From: Ascidiella aspersa
Lineage: Eukaryota
Length of the DNA: 64,000 nucleotides
Assembly: GCA_963924565.1 (NCBI GenBank)
Contig: OZ004609.1
Location: 20,646,001 to 20,710,000 of the forward strand
Direction of reading: 5' to 3'
This document shows positions 1 to 14,117 of the stretch, one piece after another. The notes under the pieces were generated by a model. The model was not told where the DNA came from and ran no database searches. It saw only the letters and a program-made list of their open reading frames with translations. Each line of letters opens with the position of its first letter. Within the stretch, counting starts at the first letter, position 1. The position numbers and the translations under genes were made by a program.

Positions 1-3000
1 TAGCCCTAACTAAATGGCTGCACACATTTCCAGTTCGTTGTGCAGTGTTCGTGTCACAAATTAGTGTCTTAACTGTTGTATTTAAGACTATTTTCTGTGG
101 GCGTTAAACTTATTATTTACGACTTCACAATGCCCCAAAAGTAGCAAAATGTTTACTGCTTTGAAGTAGGGCATTCTACATGAAAAGTAACCACGAGGTT
201 TTTTGTGCGACTGAGGAACTAAGCTAACTAGGTATCTGCTGAAAAGCGTCGAACTAAATTCCAAAATAGCGGGCACAGTAATGTGCTCGTGACATTTCGT
301 TGTATCTTCCATGAGCTCCATAAGTGGGTTGGTGAATATCCATCTTATTTTAGTTACGTAAATATGAGGGCTGTAGAATCGGACCCAGATTAGGGCACAA
401 TGAAATGTCGCACATTTGGCCACACTCGGGCTCGGGTGTTTTAACCGGCTTCACAGCCCTGGTTGACAGTGCAAAACCAAATATAGAAAAATGTTTGGCA
501 CGCGAGTCGTTGTTGTTTTGATATTATTAATACACTGGCAGACTGCATATACGAAAGGTTGCCGACCCCTGGTTTAGTCTTTGATATGGTTTGACACTTT
601 TGAGAACCAATAGTGGAATCGTTGTCCGCATGCCCGAAAAAATTAAATCAACCAAAGGTTATTTTAAATTATAAAAAAGGGTAACGTTAAAATATAAGTT
701 TAGAACAAAAATTCCAATTACATAAAACTACAGTTGTTCAGGAAACAGGGATTTGCCTTCTGGCAACTTGTGGTCTTAACATTAGTCGTGAGGTGACCAC
801 CCTCTACAAACCTTCTTAATGAAAACGACTTTTCGTGATAATAAAACCTATTTCGAAGAAAATAACGGTCGTAAGTTTCGTTTCGGCCAATCCTCCCAAA
901 GTTATACTGTCGTAAAATTTTCCGTCACACAAAAGTTCGTCATTCATGATGATTTTATGCTAAGATCATCTTAAGGTGTCATTAACTCCAAGAAAACCAG
1001 GTATAAATTAATTGGGCAGGTTAGATTCGACTAACAATTAAAAATCGCATCTCAACAAGCAAGCTCTGATGAATGTGTTTATGTACGCGACAAAAGCAAA
1101 ACAATCCACATTTCGCCATATGGATACAGGACCATGCCGATCGCAGCTATTAACGCGACTCCATAGTTATCGCTGTTTCTGCTGCCGAGCCACTTAGCAC
1201 CAGTTGCAGGCTAATGATAAAACTTCATAAACAAACTTCCGACGAGGAATGTCCTGTGACATTGCCGTCATGTCAGTTGTGCAAGACCTCGAGGAGAACG
1301 ACCATTTTGAATGGCAACTAGTGGACAAGTGTTTCGATAGTGCAGTACGCTATTATTCCGTGATTAGGTCAGGTTTGGCACATTTTAGCTAAACCACTTG
1401 GATTACAAGTATTGAATAAATTACACATATTTTCGGTAAAATTAGAAAACTAATTTTACTCTATGCTTAAAACAATTTGCTTACTATTTGTTTTGTTTTT
1501 AGTGGTTGTATTTGAAATGTATCTCAAAGTACAACAAGTATGTCAATCTAATTATATTCGTTTATTTGATGAGACTTGGTATAGCAATGACTTGCGCTAG
1601 GACTTGAATTGGTGTTTCTGGCCGATGATTTAACTTAGACTCAAGTCTTACTTAAACACTTGCTTGCAGCATTTATATACAAGCTCACCGTATAGTCGTG
1701 ATCACATCGTCATTCACTGTATATTATGGTACACAGGCAAGGCAATTTTTAACAATTTGAAGGACACAGCTATATAAATAGATCCTGCAATCATTGGATT
1801 ATTTTGGTATGTTTTTGCACGCGTTTGTCTTTGTTCTGGAGTGTTAATTCAAGAAAGTTTTTTATAAAAGCACAATTGCCAAATAAATATGTCGGCAGAG
1901 AAACGCGGCCATGGCCGCTATAGTTACCGCTCGGTGTAACGCTTTATATACATCACACTCTGCTATGCGATGGTCCCGCTTGAAAAATTTCTTAAGTAAT
2001 TTTGCTAATTTATTGCTGCCCACAAACCCGCTTGATACATTTAGCTAACTATTAAAACGTGTTTTCAACCAGGTTCGTAACGGAGTTTCAACTTAAATAT
2101 CCTACAGACTGCTGTGCGAACTGAAATGGATTTATAGCCAAGGCTGATGTCTATACGAGAAGTGGTGGTGCAACATATTTGTAAAGATTTAAGGAATTTT
2201 TGTTCCAACAATTTGCTGGCTTTTGGATTACCTTACATAGGAGTTGGATTTAGTGTAGGAAGAAAACTGAAGCCACCAAGGATACAAAATTTACTTCCCA
2301 AGTAAGTCAGTAAATACCATTTCTATTGTATATAGCTATGTTGCGGTGATCACTAATCAGGGTTACTTTAGTTTATATGTTTTAATGAAGTGCTGCGAGC
2401 ACCTAAAACGTTTGGATCTAGACTTCATGGCATCCCCCCGTCATTTAAAACAATATTATAAATTCCAACACCGTGCAAGCGGTGCATTAGGGAGGCGGCT
2501 TGGAGTCACTGGAGTGGAAAATATATTCGTCATTTGCTGCTACAAAATTGCGCCAGATTTTAACGACACGTAGGCCATGTCTTATTTTGTTGAATCCTTT
2601 ACGAGTAGTTTTTGTCAAAGACAAATATAAGATTCACCTCGCATGACGTATGACAATGTCATTGACGTCGTAACACAGCTATATTTAGATGACATATACC
2701 TCATCCAACGACGTTATCGAACATCAAACTGCATTTATTTGCCACTAAAAATGTACTCCCTTTAAATATTTTCGAGAAAGAAATGTTACTAGATGGTTTC
2801 AAGGATTGACGCACATCGTGATGTTTATCAGGACACAAGGCCTATAATTTTGAAATTTGTTTCACGACACGGGTGTCACACATGAACGTTTTATATACTT
2901 TGATGTTTGATCCCTACTGATGTAGTTTAAGTTACACTATCATCCATAACGTTTACTTTCGTGAGTTTCATGCGAACAACAAAATCTTTGTTTTACTAGA

Positions 3001-3447
3001 AGCAACGTACTGGTACTAAACTAGACAGCTTAGCCGAGATGTCAGCAAAGTTTTTCTCGCGGCCCAAAATCGTTTTTCAAAAGCTATTGAATAGGATTTT
3101 TTGTTTAGGGGTATGAAAAACTTAAAAATGACGTCACAAAGTCACGCCAAAAAAACAATAAATCTTTAGGCCTAAATCGCATGTTGTTTTTCAGCGAACG
3201 CTTGCAGATAAAATGCAGTCTAATTGCGCGAAGCGCGAAACTGTTTTATTTGTTTTAATTTAGCATAACTATTATTAAATGGATTCGTAACGCCTATATG
3301 GCCTATACTTAAATAGGTATCGCATGTTGCTTGTAATTGCTCTTTTATATTCTAATTTAACAATAATTATGGGACTTCGCAAAGTTTATCAGTCATGCGA
3401 TGCAGCATGCTATACGCATTGCGGCCTTAAGCTGCTGAACATATATA

Positions 3448-4305
3448 GGGGAAGGTTGCCCTAGATGGGATGTTGCCTGAGTCGGGACTTCGCGATTATG
3501 TCGACGTGCCATTAGGTAGTACCAATTCTTAATTATCATTTGAAGCACCCCATGGTAGCCATCATTTAGCACAGCATCATTTCAGTAGGCGTTTGGTGTT
3601 TTCACAATATATCAATCTAAGGAAAATAGTGGTGTTTTCTTGCTAATTTTATTATTTTTTTATCTATGTTATTTCATATTTGTTGAAGTTGTTTAAAATA
3701 CATTTTTTACTAATATATGGGTAAGGTAGCAGGCTCACATATTATCTTGAACCTACAGCCAGTATATCTTTTTTATAGTGAAGTATAGGCTGTGTAAGAT
3801 GGGACAAGTCGAACCATCTGAGGAACTATTTGTTGTAACCCTCATTTTGGGTTGTTGTGACCAAAAAATGGAGACCAGTCATTACCTTTTTTAAGCTACC
3901 ATTTTATTATAGTTTAAATTCGTTGTAGGATTCTGTGAAATTGCTTTACACAGGTTAGTTTTAAACTTATGTATGTGTAGCAGATGGAGTTTAAGTTGTT
4001 TTTAATGTTTGCAATACAAATTGAATGTAATACAGCTTGACTTAAAATAACCAATTCTTCCTGTCCCATCTTGCGAATTATACTATCCCATCATTCAAAA
4101 CTCTGCTGGTTTTTAAAGACGGGACACAACAACGTTTTTTCTAGGATGATTTTATAAAAAAGTTAAAAGGCTAAAGGCAAAGAAGTGTTTTTTAAGCGTG
4201 AATGTCAGAGGTATCAAGTTGGCAGGATATTATTTAAAATCATAGTTTTTATTGAGAATTACAATCATTTAAAAAAAAAGTGTCCCATCACCGCCAACCT
4301 TCCCC
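3448..4305. mobile_element. Non-autonomous DNA transposon (Tc1/mariner-type MITE, TA-flanked)
   Basis: TA|GGGGAAGGTTG...CAACCTTCCCC|TA terminal inverted repeats, internal GATGGGAC/GTCCCATC sub-repeats, no ORF. Confidence 0.75.
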
Positions 4306-7300
4306 TAAACAGACAAAACTTTGCACGAAGCGCGAAGCAAAAGTTGTATCCATATAGTTCAACTTGGCTAAAAGCATAGTTTGTGGGGCTATGAAGTAGT
4401 GGCAGTTATGTAATAATGAGCACTGAGCAGTAATGAAAACTTCTAACCACATCAACTTTCAGAAAAAATTTAATGAATATATACGGCTGCCACGCGGCCC
4501 ACAGCAACTTTGAAAACTGAAATGATAGTAATTAGCTTGCGGTCCAATAAAAATGATAAAAGGCCCACCACTGGCCTAACCGATGATACGATTTTAACCT
4601 ATGTTACATAAAAGCTAATTAAACAGTGCTATAAGTTTAGATTTGAGAAGAACCTTGGTATGGCCCTACGACTGCCACTCGAACAGCGGTGGTGAATTGG
4701 CATATTTTAATCTAACAAACATTTGTCACTGTCAGTAGCGCGAAGATTTGTCATTGTCAAGTCATTCTATACTGTCTTGCAAATTTTTTTCAATGCCTCT
4801 AGACCAAATGCTATAACGACGTTCTTCTAGACTTGAGGTGTTTTGCCGCAAAACCCTGAGCATTTTTTATGTCGGTATGATAAGCAGAGTAACTTTTTTA
4901 GTATTATAAGTGCAAAAATAATAAGATATATTGATGGCAGCGCCTATGAAAAACAAACACAAATCCTTTATGTCCTTGTTTTGTTTAGAAATGTGTTTTG
5001 GACCGGTATATAGCGAAATTGACAATTTAATGCCAAATCTAAAGTTTTTCCCTATCTAAAGCATTAAAACATATAAATATCTAGTGATGATTTCAATGCC
5101 TATACTCATTTTCTCGTTTTTTTCATCATTAAATAATCGCAAAATAAAAAAATAGATACAATAAACTTGAAAGCACAATTATAGTAAACTTGATTACCAC
5201 GATTTTTATCCGTGTTTATAATTTGTCTCCCAGTCCCAATGTGTTGTCAATGGTGGTAATTAAACGCAATTGCATACTAATATTGAGGGCGCTGCGGAAC
5301 CAGCGGAAACGCCCAATACACCCATTATTTTAGACATTTTAAGCTTTTACGATAACTTGTAAATAAAATTAAACCAAGTAGGCTAAATAATCAACTATAA
5401 ACTGCATTTTACTTTACTTAAAAGTTAATGTTATACATTTAAAAAAAAAAGTTTTTGTAATATTTCCCCGGCAAACTTGTGAGTCGTTGGACACAGTATG
5501 AGATTCAGTGCTTTGCGGTACTCGCAATAAGGACGAGAAATATTTTCTTTCTTTTAATAGATTAGTTCTCTAAAAACAATTATTTCGAACTTTTACCTTG
5601 AGTCAATGTTATAGCTACGGCTGCTTGCTGTCATTGTTATAATTTGGAAAAAATATTAGAGGGTTTTATTATGGTCTATAGAGAATTACAATAATAGGCC
5701 ATATAGCAAGGAAATATTCGCAGTAGCCATCAAAGCACTTACATATTTTATTTATTTAGTTAATTGTAACTAGAACAGTGTTTTTTAACTTTATTGAGCC
5801 ACGGAACACTTAATGTATCAAAAAACTTTGCGAAACACTAAACAAAATATTATACAAATTATTGCATTAAAATATAAAACAACAATTTAACACTTTGGGT
5901 TTTTATTAGTTCGATATCCTTTGAATGAGCGCCAAAAGGATATTCGTGCTGTAGCCTACTGTTCTTACAGCAGCAATAGGCACACGCAATTACAATCTTA
6001 TTATTACGCGGGTTTTATTATTATACACAACAATAAATGAATCACAATGGAACATTCAAACAGGCGTTACCTTTCATAAAACAGAAGTTACTCACGTTCA
6101 TTGTTTAAACCAGTGATTTTGGACCGGTGTTACATGGTACATTAGTCAAATTAACAAATTTATTGTGGTACACATGACATTCGTTCACGAAAAACTATAT
6201 TAAAACAATCACTGGACTGACACCAATAAGTCGGTTCAGAAGGCCATCGTCGTTGATAGGTCCGTCCACAGTTCGTCTTCCCTGACTCGTGCGTACATGC
6301 AAACACACATTTATCTTATACATAAAAAATAAACCAAGAACAAGGCAAAACTATATTTCACATTAAAATAGTATTTAGTATACGAATATTTGTCAAAGTT
6401 TTAACCATATCAGCAAAATTGAAGCGTATACAATATACATAACAACAAATGCAGCCCGATTGTAGGCTACCTCACTCAAAACTATCCAAGTCTTTGGCAC
6501 TTCACAATTTAAATTGGCCAGGGTCTTTAGTTTTTTTTTTTATTCTAATGCTGTGCTATAGGACCGTTTCTTTTTTGTAGGTGATCATATTTAGGAAAAC
6601 CACTTGCCATTTAAGATCCGCGGAAGGTCTTTTTTAGACATTTTGCTCAACGCAGAGCAACAGAAATACTTAAGTGCCTAGAAAATCTCAATCATGTGCT
6701 ACCCGCAGGCAATTTGGAATCAATTTGTTGTAGGCACAGCGCAACGAAAAACTAAAAGTGTTAAAAATTAAGACTGAAAAGTTAGAGCTTTGACATGCAA
6801 AAACAGCATAGGCCTGTCGTTGTACTTTTTATATGTGTATTGTGTTAGGTTTTCCTATGACATAGCGTTATGATTTAAATATTTTTTTAGAACTTACTGC
6901 AGCAAAACATGGTCAAGGTTCTCATTGAAGCAAAGTTGTAATAAATTTCCATAATTTAACATTGTTTTGTTGTTATTTGAAGGCCGGTCCGTGATCAGTT
7001 TTATTAATTATAAACCGGTCCGCAGTGCAAAAAAGGTTGCCGACCCCTGCATTATAACATGTTTTTTTCAACGCCGACGTTGGTTGAAATTTCGCTCCTT
7101 TAACAATTGGATGTCGTCCAAAAAGTAGCGCTTTCGAAACAGCGGAATAGTAATTGGTTTATGGGTCGGCGTTTACCGAAGCAGTCGAGCAATCAGAACA
7201 CAGTCCCAACATCGGGAAAGCCAGTAGGTTAAAATAGCCAGCTTAAACAATATATTAACTGCCGCGATGTTTTTATTGTTCACAAAACAGGTTTTAATCA

Positions 7301-7846
7301 TTCCGAGAAGCAACACAATAGGCTAGAGTTTCTAAGCCTTTTTTCGCGACAATCCAAATATTAAGCATGTGAATATAACAGCGAAACTTTTGCAACCCAA
7401 TTTTATTCGGGGTAGGGTTGGTGAAATTGGAATAAATCTTTTTTGCATTGTTTTTACGAGAAGACCAACACAGAAAATGTTTCCCTTGGCAAACTATCAA
7501 GGCGTGAAATGTTCGGCATATATCTGTTTTTACTTGCAGAAACAAGTTACGGTAGAACACGCAATATATGACCTAAACCAAAGTGAAAGATTGAACTATA
7601 ATATTTTAAAATAACCCTGTTAAATAAGCTACTTATAGCGGCCCAATGACACTGACACAGCACCCATTGAAAACTAACCCCGAAAAATTTACCCATATCA
7701 CAAAATAAACAACAACTGCAATCCCGATTATATATGTGGTTATATATATATATAAATCTATCAAAATAAAAATAAAATTAAGCGAAGTCACTTGTAAGAT
7801 GTGGATTGTGGATGTATCTATCTGTCCGGTTATTTTTACCAGATTC

Positions 7847-8329
7847 CAGTGTTGTAAACAAGTCATTTTGAAATGACTTAAGTCCAAGTTAAGTCATTTG
7901 AAAATTAACTTAAGTCCAAGTCAAGTCTTTTGCAAAAATAACAAGTCAAGTCCCAGTCCAAGTCAACGGTTGCCTAAGTCAAGTCCCAGTCAGGTCATTA
8001 TGAGATCAAGTCAATTTCAAGTCATGTCATTGACATAAAAGTAAATTATTAAACTATTAAAATTGGTAAACTCGTCCGATTATAAGCAACAATTGGCGCA
8101 ATTAAAGTGTTTAATGTGCAAAACTTGAGATAAATTTTAATGAAAAACACTTAATTTACTCCCAAGTTATTTGCCAAAATGACTTAAGTTCAAGTACAGT
8201 CATTTGGCCAAAAGACTTAAGTCAAGTCAAGTCATTTTGGTCAAAGGACTTAAGTCAAGTCAAGTCATTTAAAAACAGTGACTTAAGTGCACTTAAGTCA
8301 AGTCAATGACTTAAGTCATTACAACACTG
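7847..8329. mobile_element. hAT-type MITE with AAGTC/GACTT pentamer arrays
   Basis: TIR CAGTGTTGTAA/TTACAACACTG; perfect 8-bp TSD CCAGATTC (7839-7846, 8330-8337). Confidence 0.9.
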
Positions 8330-9414
8330 CCAGATTCCACACCCGATAGCCCACTCTATATTGGTTGTGTGGTATGCGATCCAACGCCCAGCTTGTTACT
8401 TGAAAGTTTGAAACTTCAGTTGAGCATTCGTGAATACGAATACGACCGCGCACAGAAAAGATCTAAAGTGACGTCTGCCTTTTCATTTTTCACCTTTTTT
8501 TCTCAAAAGAAAACCTGAATGCCCCTCGGTTCTAACATAAGCAAACACCCTAAGCTAAACTATGGCCGACTGTCGCTGTTGGTAATAAATCTTCAGACCT
8601 CGCTTTGCAATCATGCCCACCTACGACGTCGAATTCCTTATGGGTAAGGGAAAACGTAGCGTGACTCCAGGGTCTTGAGTGTTCCTATGTTTATAAATGT
8701 TCGTCGATTATTATAACCTTTCTGCGATGCTAATAATGGTCGACCTGATGTTCAACACTTGCGCATATACCTTATTGAGTTGAATTTAAATTGAGAAATT
8801 CAGCACTGTAAACTGAACAAAAAGTTTGTTCTATCTCTGCTTTGTCGTTCTATAAATTGTATCATATGCATTAGAATTATTTTGTTGTCTAAGGTGAAAA
8901 CTATATGGACAGCTGAGGCAGTTCGTAGAACAACTAATAGGATTGTAGGTGTAAACAGAAAAGGAGGGCGAATTGCATTGGCAGCAAACAAATAGTACGT
9001 CATCCAACGTGATGTCACCTTACACCGTCTCCGCTTGAAGGCCGATGAAAATTCAATTAGCCGTCTTAGAGCTGAAGGTGGTACATGAGTACACTACACG
9101 CGCACCGTCCAGACTTTGCCAAGTCAGACTTGTGACAGCGTTCCCCTGGGTTTCTTAAACGAAAGTTGCATTCTGCTGCGGGTATTCACACAGCTTGTCG
9201 CTAGCACATGCATATTTATATACCAGCAATTAAGCGATTTGAATAGCTACATGTTGACGAAGGGAATACCATTTTTTGCACGGACAAAACGCTTGGTGAG
9301 AATTGATAGTAATGTGTCATTTAGAATTAGCGTCGCAGCAGGATGCATAATATGAAAGGATTGAAAAACTTTTGAGAAATATCGAAAGAGACCGGAATTA
9401 TGTTGGTTGCAGTG

Positions 9415-9612
9415 ATAGAGCAGGTTATGCGGTAAATACGATTGGTAGAACTTTGTTAGTTAGATGAATTGGGTACAGTTATGACTTATGAGACTTTACG
9501 TATTGTATATTGTTTTATGTTTGTTCCAGTCATAGAGCAGGTTATGACATAAATTAGATTGGTCGAACTTTTGTAATTAAGTGAATCGGGGTACAGTTAA
9601 GAGACTTTAAAT
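9415..9612. repeat. Diverged tandem duplication, 2 units of about 117 bp
   Basis: ATAGAGCAGGTTATG...ATTGGT.GAACTTT...GGGTACAGTTA...GAGACTTTA occurs twice. Confidence 0.7.
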
Positions 9613-9859
9613 GCTTCTATATAACCAAGTCATACTCGTTGTCCAAACAAAGTCACGCACGCTGACGATAAAAATGAATTGGCACTAAAAATCGTTTTTC
9701 TGTGTCAGTAACCAAATCAATTCGGTGGTATGAAACAAGCAACTATACAAATTACTTAAAGTGCTGCGCAAAAGCATTTTTCCTAAATTAACAGTATGTA
9801 TAACTGGGAAGAAAACAAACTTACGTGTAATTTTTTTAGTACGCCTTATTGCTCTAATA

Positions 9860-10196
9860 CAGGGGTTCTTAAACTTTTTTTACCGCGGACCCCTAAATAT
9901 TTTTTTTGCTTCGCGTGGACCACGGTAGGCAAAAATGTCAAAAATGACGTGAATTGACGTCACAAAACAAATAGACTTCATAAATCTGTTAGTTTCGCTT
10001 CAAAAAATCTAAATGTGTAATGGAGTCTAAATACAGTGTCAGTGCAAAACCGTTTAATTTTTAATTAAACTGTTTTCTTTGAAAATTTGATTACTTCTTA
10101 AATTTACACTAGTGTTTCAATTAAGTCTTCGTAGACCCCCTAAAACTAGTTCACGGACCCCCAAGGGGTCCATGGACCCCAGTTTAAGAACCCCTG
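9860..10196. mobile_element. hAT-type MITE
   Basis: TIR CAGGGGTTCTTAAACT/AGTTTAAGAACCCCTG; TSD CTCTAATA on both sides. Confidence 0.9.
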
Positions 10197-13100
10197 CTCT
10201 AATAACTGGCAAAAAAGCAAGACAGAATGCACAATCCATCAAACAAACATAAATTTGAAACCATCATCGCCCTTTAAAATTGAAAAATGCCAACTTATAT
10301 AGTTAGACTTGTTGATTAGACAAAATTGTAAGAAAGCAAAAGAGTAATACATCTAACATTATAAACAAGCGTCTAATGATACGCAAATAAGCAGGGGTAG
10401 ACATCGCGCATAATGTTAAGAACGGCTCTAGATAGACTAATGAATGTGTGTAAATAAGGCGCCTAAAAGAATTATTCAGAATCCATTCCCAGAGCACAGA
10501 ACTGGAATTTTCTCCTATGGGGATTTGGGCATGTCAGAGGCGATTAGGCAATTAAATATTTACGTCACGATTGTGGGGAACACAAAAATGTATCTGCTCT
10601 CGCGTGACAAGGTGACATAGTTCTCTAGCATAAGGTGTGAAAATGTATTATAACCCCGGGATATGTATCTATTTAAAGGATTTACAACGCTAATGTATAA
10701 CCAAGTGTTGTTCTTGCCTAGTGGATTTTCCGCGTGAGTTTTAAACAAATATTTTTTTTAAACGCGTGACTAGTTTAAGGCAAAACCAGATTGTAGCATT
10801 TGTTTACGTGCAAGCTATATCTTTGAATTCTAGTTCTTGCAAGACGTTGTATTTCTAAGGACTCTAGCTCAAATGCATTTTTATGTGGTGTTAGATTGCG
10901 TAACAATTGTTAACAACACAATAATATTTACTCACGTTTTTGTTGATTCTATAGGCCATACGTTCATAGAAATCCAAACTTCGTCCAATTAATAAAATAG
11001 AGTACCCGTTAGTGTTTAAATAAGCGTAGCTATTTCTGTTGTTTCGTCCGCTATTTTAGTATTCTAACCCAACTTTTGCCATTGGTTATGTTCACAATGA
11101 ACGAACATATTTTTCCTGGTGAACATAAAACATTGCAGCAATACAGAAACGGCCCTTTAAGCGTTTTTCGTTTTGGGCAACCAAAATCTGTCTTGAGGTT
11201 GCAAATAATTGTCTTCAAAAATTATTTGGAAAAAGTTAACCTGTTATAATTTTTTATAAGAAGGAAAAAACATGTTTTTTCGGTTTAGAATGCGGGCGCA
11301 GCATGATTAGAAGTTGGGCGCACCACTCGCTTTAAGTATAGGATAACGATCGCCATTCCGCTGTATTCTGGTTGTTGATAAGGTGTAGATAGACTGTCCT
11401 TTGTGTTAAAGTTGCCACCTAGATATTTGTCATGGATTTCTAAGCCTAAAGCGTTTGAAAGACCGTCCCGATACAAAGACAAGTAGACCGACACCTATGA
11501 AAGCGAATCTTTATTAAGGCTTTTTCAGTGCTTGTTACCCAGCAAAACGTTGAGTAGAGACGTAATACGGTCAATATTGAGACTCTAAAATTGGAAATGT
11601 CTCTTGGATGCTTGGCGCATGTTTCTTATTGGGTAAGCGACGTGAGCATTACGCGGATTTTTTTTGTTCATCAATGGCAAGGGAAAGTAAGAAAAGGTAG
11701 ATTTAGGTTGCAATTCTTTTCATTGGCCAAGAAGAGACCGGGAATTTCTGACCAAGTCAGTAGTGGTCTGAGCCCAGTCTTCTGATGACAACCTGTCCCT
11801 TTTTAGTTATGCTGCCATAAAAAAACAGGTTTCCCTAGAAAAAAGGCAGGATTCTACTGAATTAAATGAGACTCAGTTATCTTATTCAAATAGTACGATG
11901 AGACAATAAAGAGGTCCCTGGTAAAATTTACCACACGGATTGCAGTCGGGTAAGATACCAATAATGTAGTACGCGTGTTACAGGTTACATATGGATGAGC
12001 GATGTTTTTTGTGTGTTTTCCTGCGGTAGGTGTCGCTGTAGTCACACTCGATTGTCTATGAAAGCTTCGAGGCAATTTATACGGAATTGAAATGAATTTT
12101 AGTCTTTGTTATCAGCTATGAGCTTTCGGGTCATTGGTCCCGGGTACATTATTATCCCCATGACCACACCCTGATAAGTTTTGTAGAGCACCGTAGGTGG
12201 TCGATCCAAGGCATACTTTCTGGCTGGTGATGATTGTGAATGAAATACTATTTTGTACATTGTCTAACCTCGGAATGGGGTTAACCAAGTTGCACTAAGA
12301 AAATGCGGAATTTTACCCAGAATGTCGGTATTGGTGTGATGTATAAGGAACAGTGTGTAATTTTTTTATGAATTTTATGAAAAAGCAAGAAAAGCTGCTT
12401 TAAATATTTGACGTTGTTTTTTCTAAATAAAACGTAGCCTTGTCCTTTGTCATTGTTTTGAAGCAGAAAGTTATCAAATCAGTTGAGAAACAAATGTTGC
12501 CGCCTTTCAGTTGTTTGCAAGGAATTCAGCATACTTTATCTTAAAATATTACTCTCAAAAACTATTGCTTTAAAATCCGTTTCTGTAACTCTTCTCTGCC
12601 GCGATGATGCGGTTAATGGCAAAAAGCGCTCCAAATCGAATAATCCAAAATCCAACCGAATCGCAATAGATTCGATTAGTCTGTTAAAATTACTCGCCCG
12701 CACAATCGATGCGCGACACTTAAGCAGCGTTAACGCGGACATGGAGCGCCGTTTATCCGCTACGCCCGTTGGTTTTATGGACTTTTAAATATCGTTTACG
12801 TTTTTATGTGGTCGCATGATACGCTTATGTTGCAGGACACTCCCATGTGTCTTGTATAGATTAACGAATGTGTCTCACCGAAGTCCGCTGTAGATGCGAA
12901 ATATGTTAGCGTTACAGGTCAAAAAGCGTGTTTTTTGTTTTATTTAACACTAACACCAAAATAACGTTAATTAAATTAAAATGCGAAACGACTGTTGTTG
13001 TAATGGGCCACTTTTGTCTTTTGTTTGGCGGCTAACTTAGTGGAAGCTGTAAAACGGCCAAAATATAGAAATCGCCAAAATGTGTTTTCTCGTTATCTCG

Positions 13101-14093
13101 TCACAAGGCTGTCGTTTTCGTGAAATGTTTAGTACCGTTAGATATCGGCATGTTGCGCCGTGTGTAAAGCACTGTACAGCCGGTAATCGATTGGCTATCT
13201 TTGACGTTAGCTGCCTTCCAGTATGACGCGTGTGTGGTTGCCGAAACCAGCATGTGTGCGACCTGTTTTCACCTAACCTAATTATCTCGCAATTTGCCCA
13301 CATATTCCACGTATTTTTGCAGTTTTGTCGTTACTTTGAGTTGCATTGTGTGCCTCAGTCGGTAAGCTGCGTTTCGCCTATAAACATGCGTGCCAAATGA
13401 ACGCTGAATAAGCTATGAAACTCTGCCACGAGCCAATGAAGCAAAAAGTTTACATCAGGTCTAAAATGGCCAGAAAGGATAATGCTCTTGTTGACATTAC
13501 CAGCAAAAATGTGATGACTATGTCAATTTTGGATCGAAACGGTCAGAACCTATCAATCCTTTTTACATGGAGTAACAAAGACATCTTCCGGTGTTTTTTG
13601 TGGTGTTCAAAATTTTAGATTTTTTTATAGGATGATCGTTTGTAATGTTACATAGACGAGAAACGAAATATAAAGCAGAACCAGGTTAAATAAGCAGTGT
13701 ATTTCTTAATAAATTTGATGATTGACGTGCTTTTTTTGAAAGGTCTGTACTTAAGTGTTACATCTCAGTTTATATAGCGATACTTAGAATTAGTTCGAAA
13801 ATTCCCCGCGACAAGCTTCATTAATTATTTGTCGCCCACACACGCTTCGGCTGCAAATTGAAACAGACTTTTTCTGGTGCTCAGGGATCTAGCTAAAAAA
13901 AAAACGTGTGAAACAAAAGCGCCGCTTTGCGAAAAGCGTCCGAGAAGGCGCTGAAATGTTTACCGTACGTTTGAACCGAGCTATGAACAATGCTGAACAA
14001 AAAGGCGGCCCGTAACTCGGCCCTTCGTCTTCGACGTTGTTGTGTCTTTGTGTTTTGAAGTCTCGCAAAAAGAAGTCTCGCAAACCTGTCACT

Positions 14094-14117
14094 ATGGATT
14101 GGAAAAAGCTGGCAAGG
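14094..14117 (+). CDS. Candidate alternative first coding exon A1 (MDWKKLAR) of the Nav gene
   Basis: ATG followed by 8 codons and a strong donor AGG|gtgagt, phase 0, in a CpG-rich block; phase-compatible with 16376-16474. Confidence 0.5.

Noticed and set aside
7860-8320. AAGTC repeat arrays resembling a CRISPR-like or satellite array
   Set aside because: No constant repeat-unique spacer structure; bounded by TIRs and an 8-bp TSD, so it is a MITE in a eukaryotic genome.
11285-12790. Higher-complexity region with short minus-strand ORFs (possible small gene or decayed retroelement)
   Set aside because: I could not build a stop-free spliced model or recognise any protein family.
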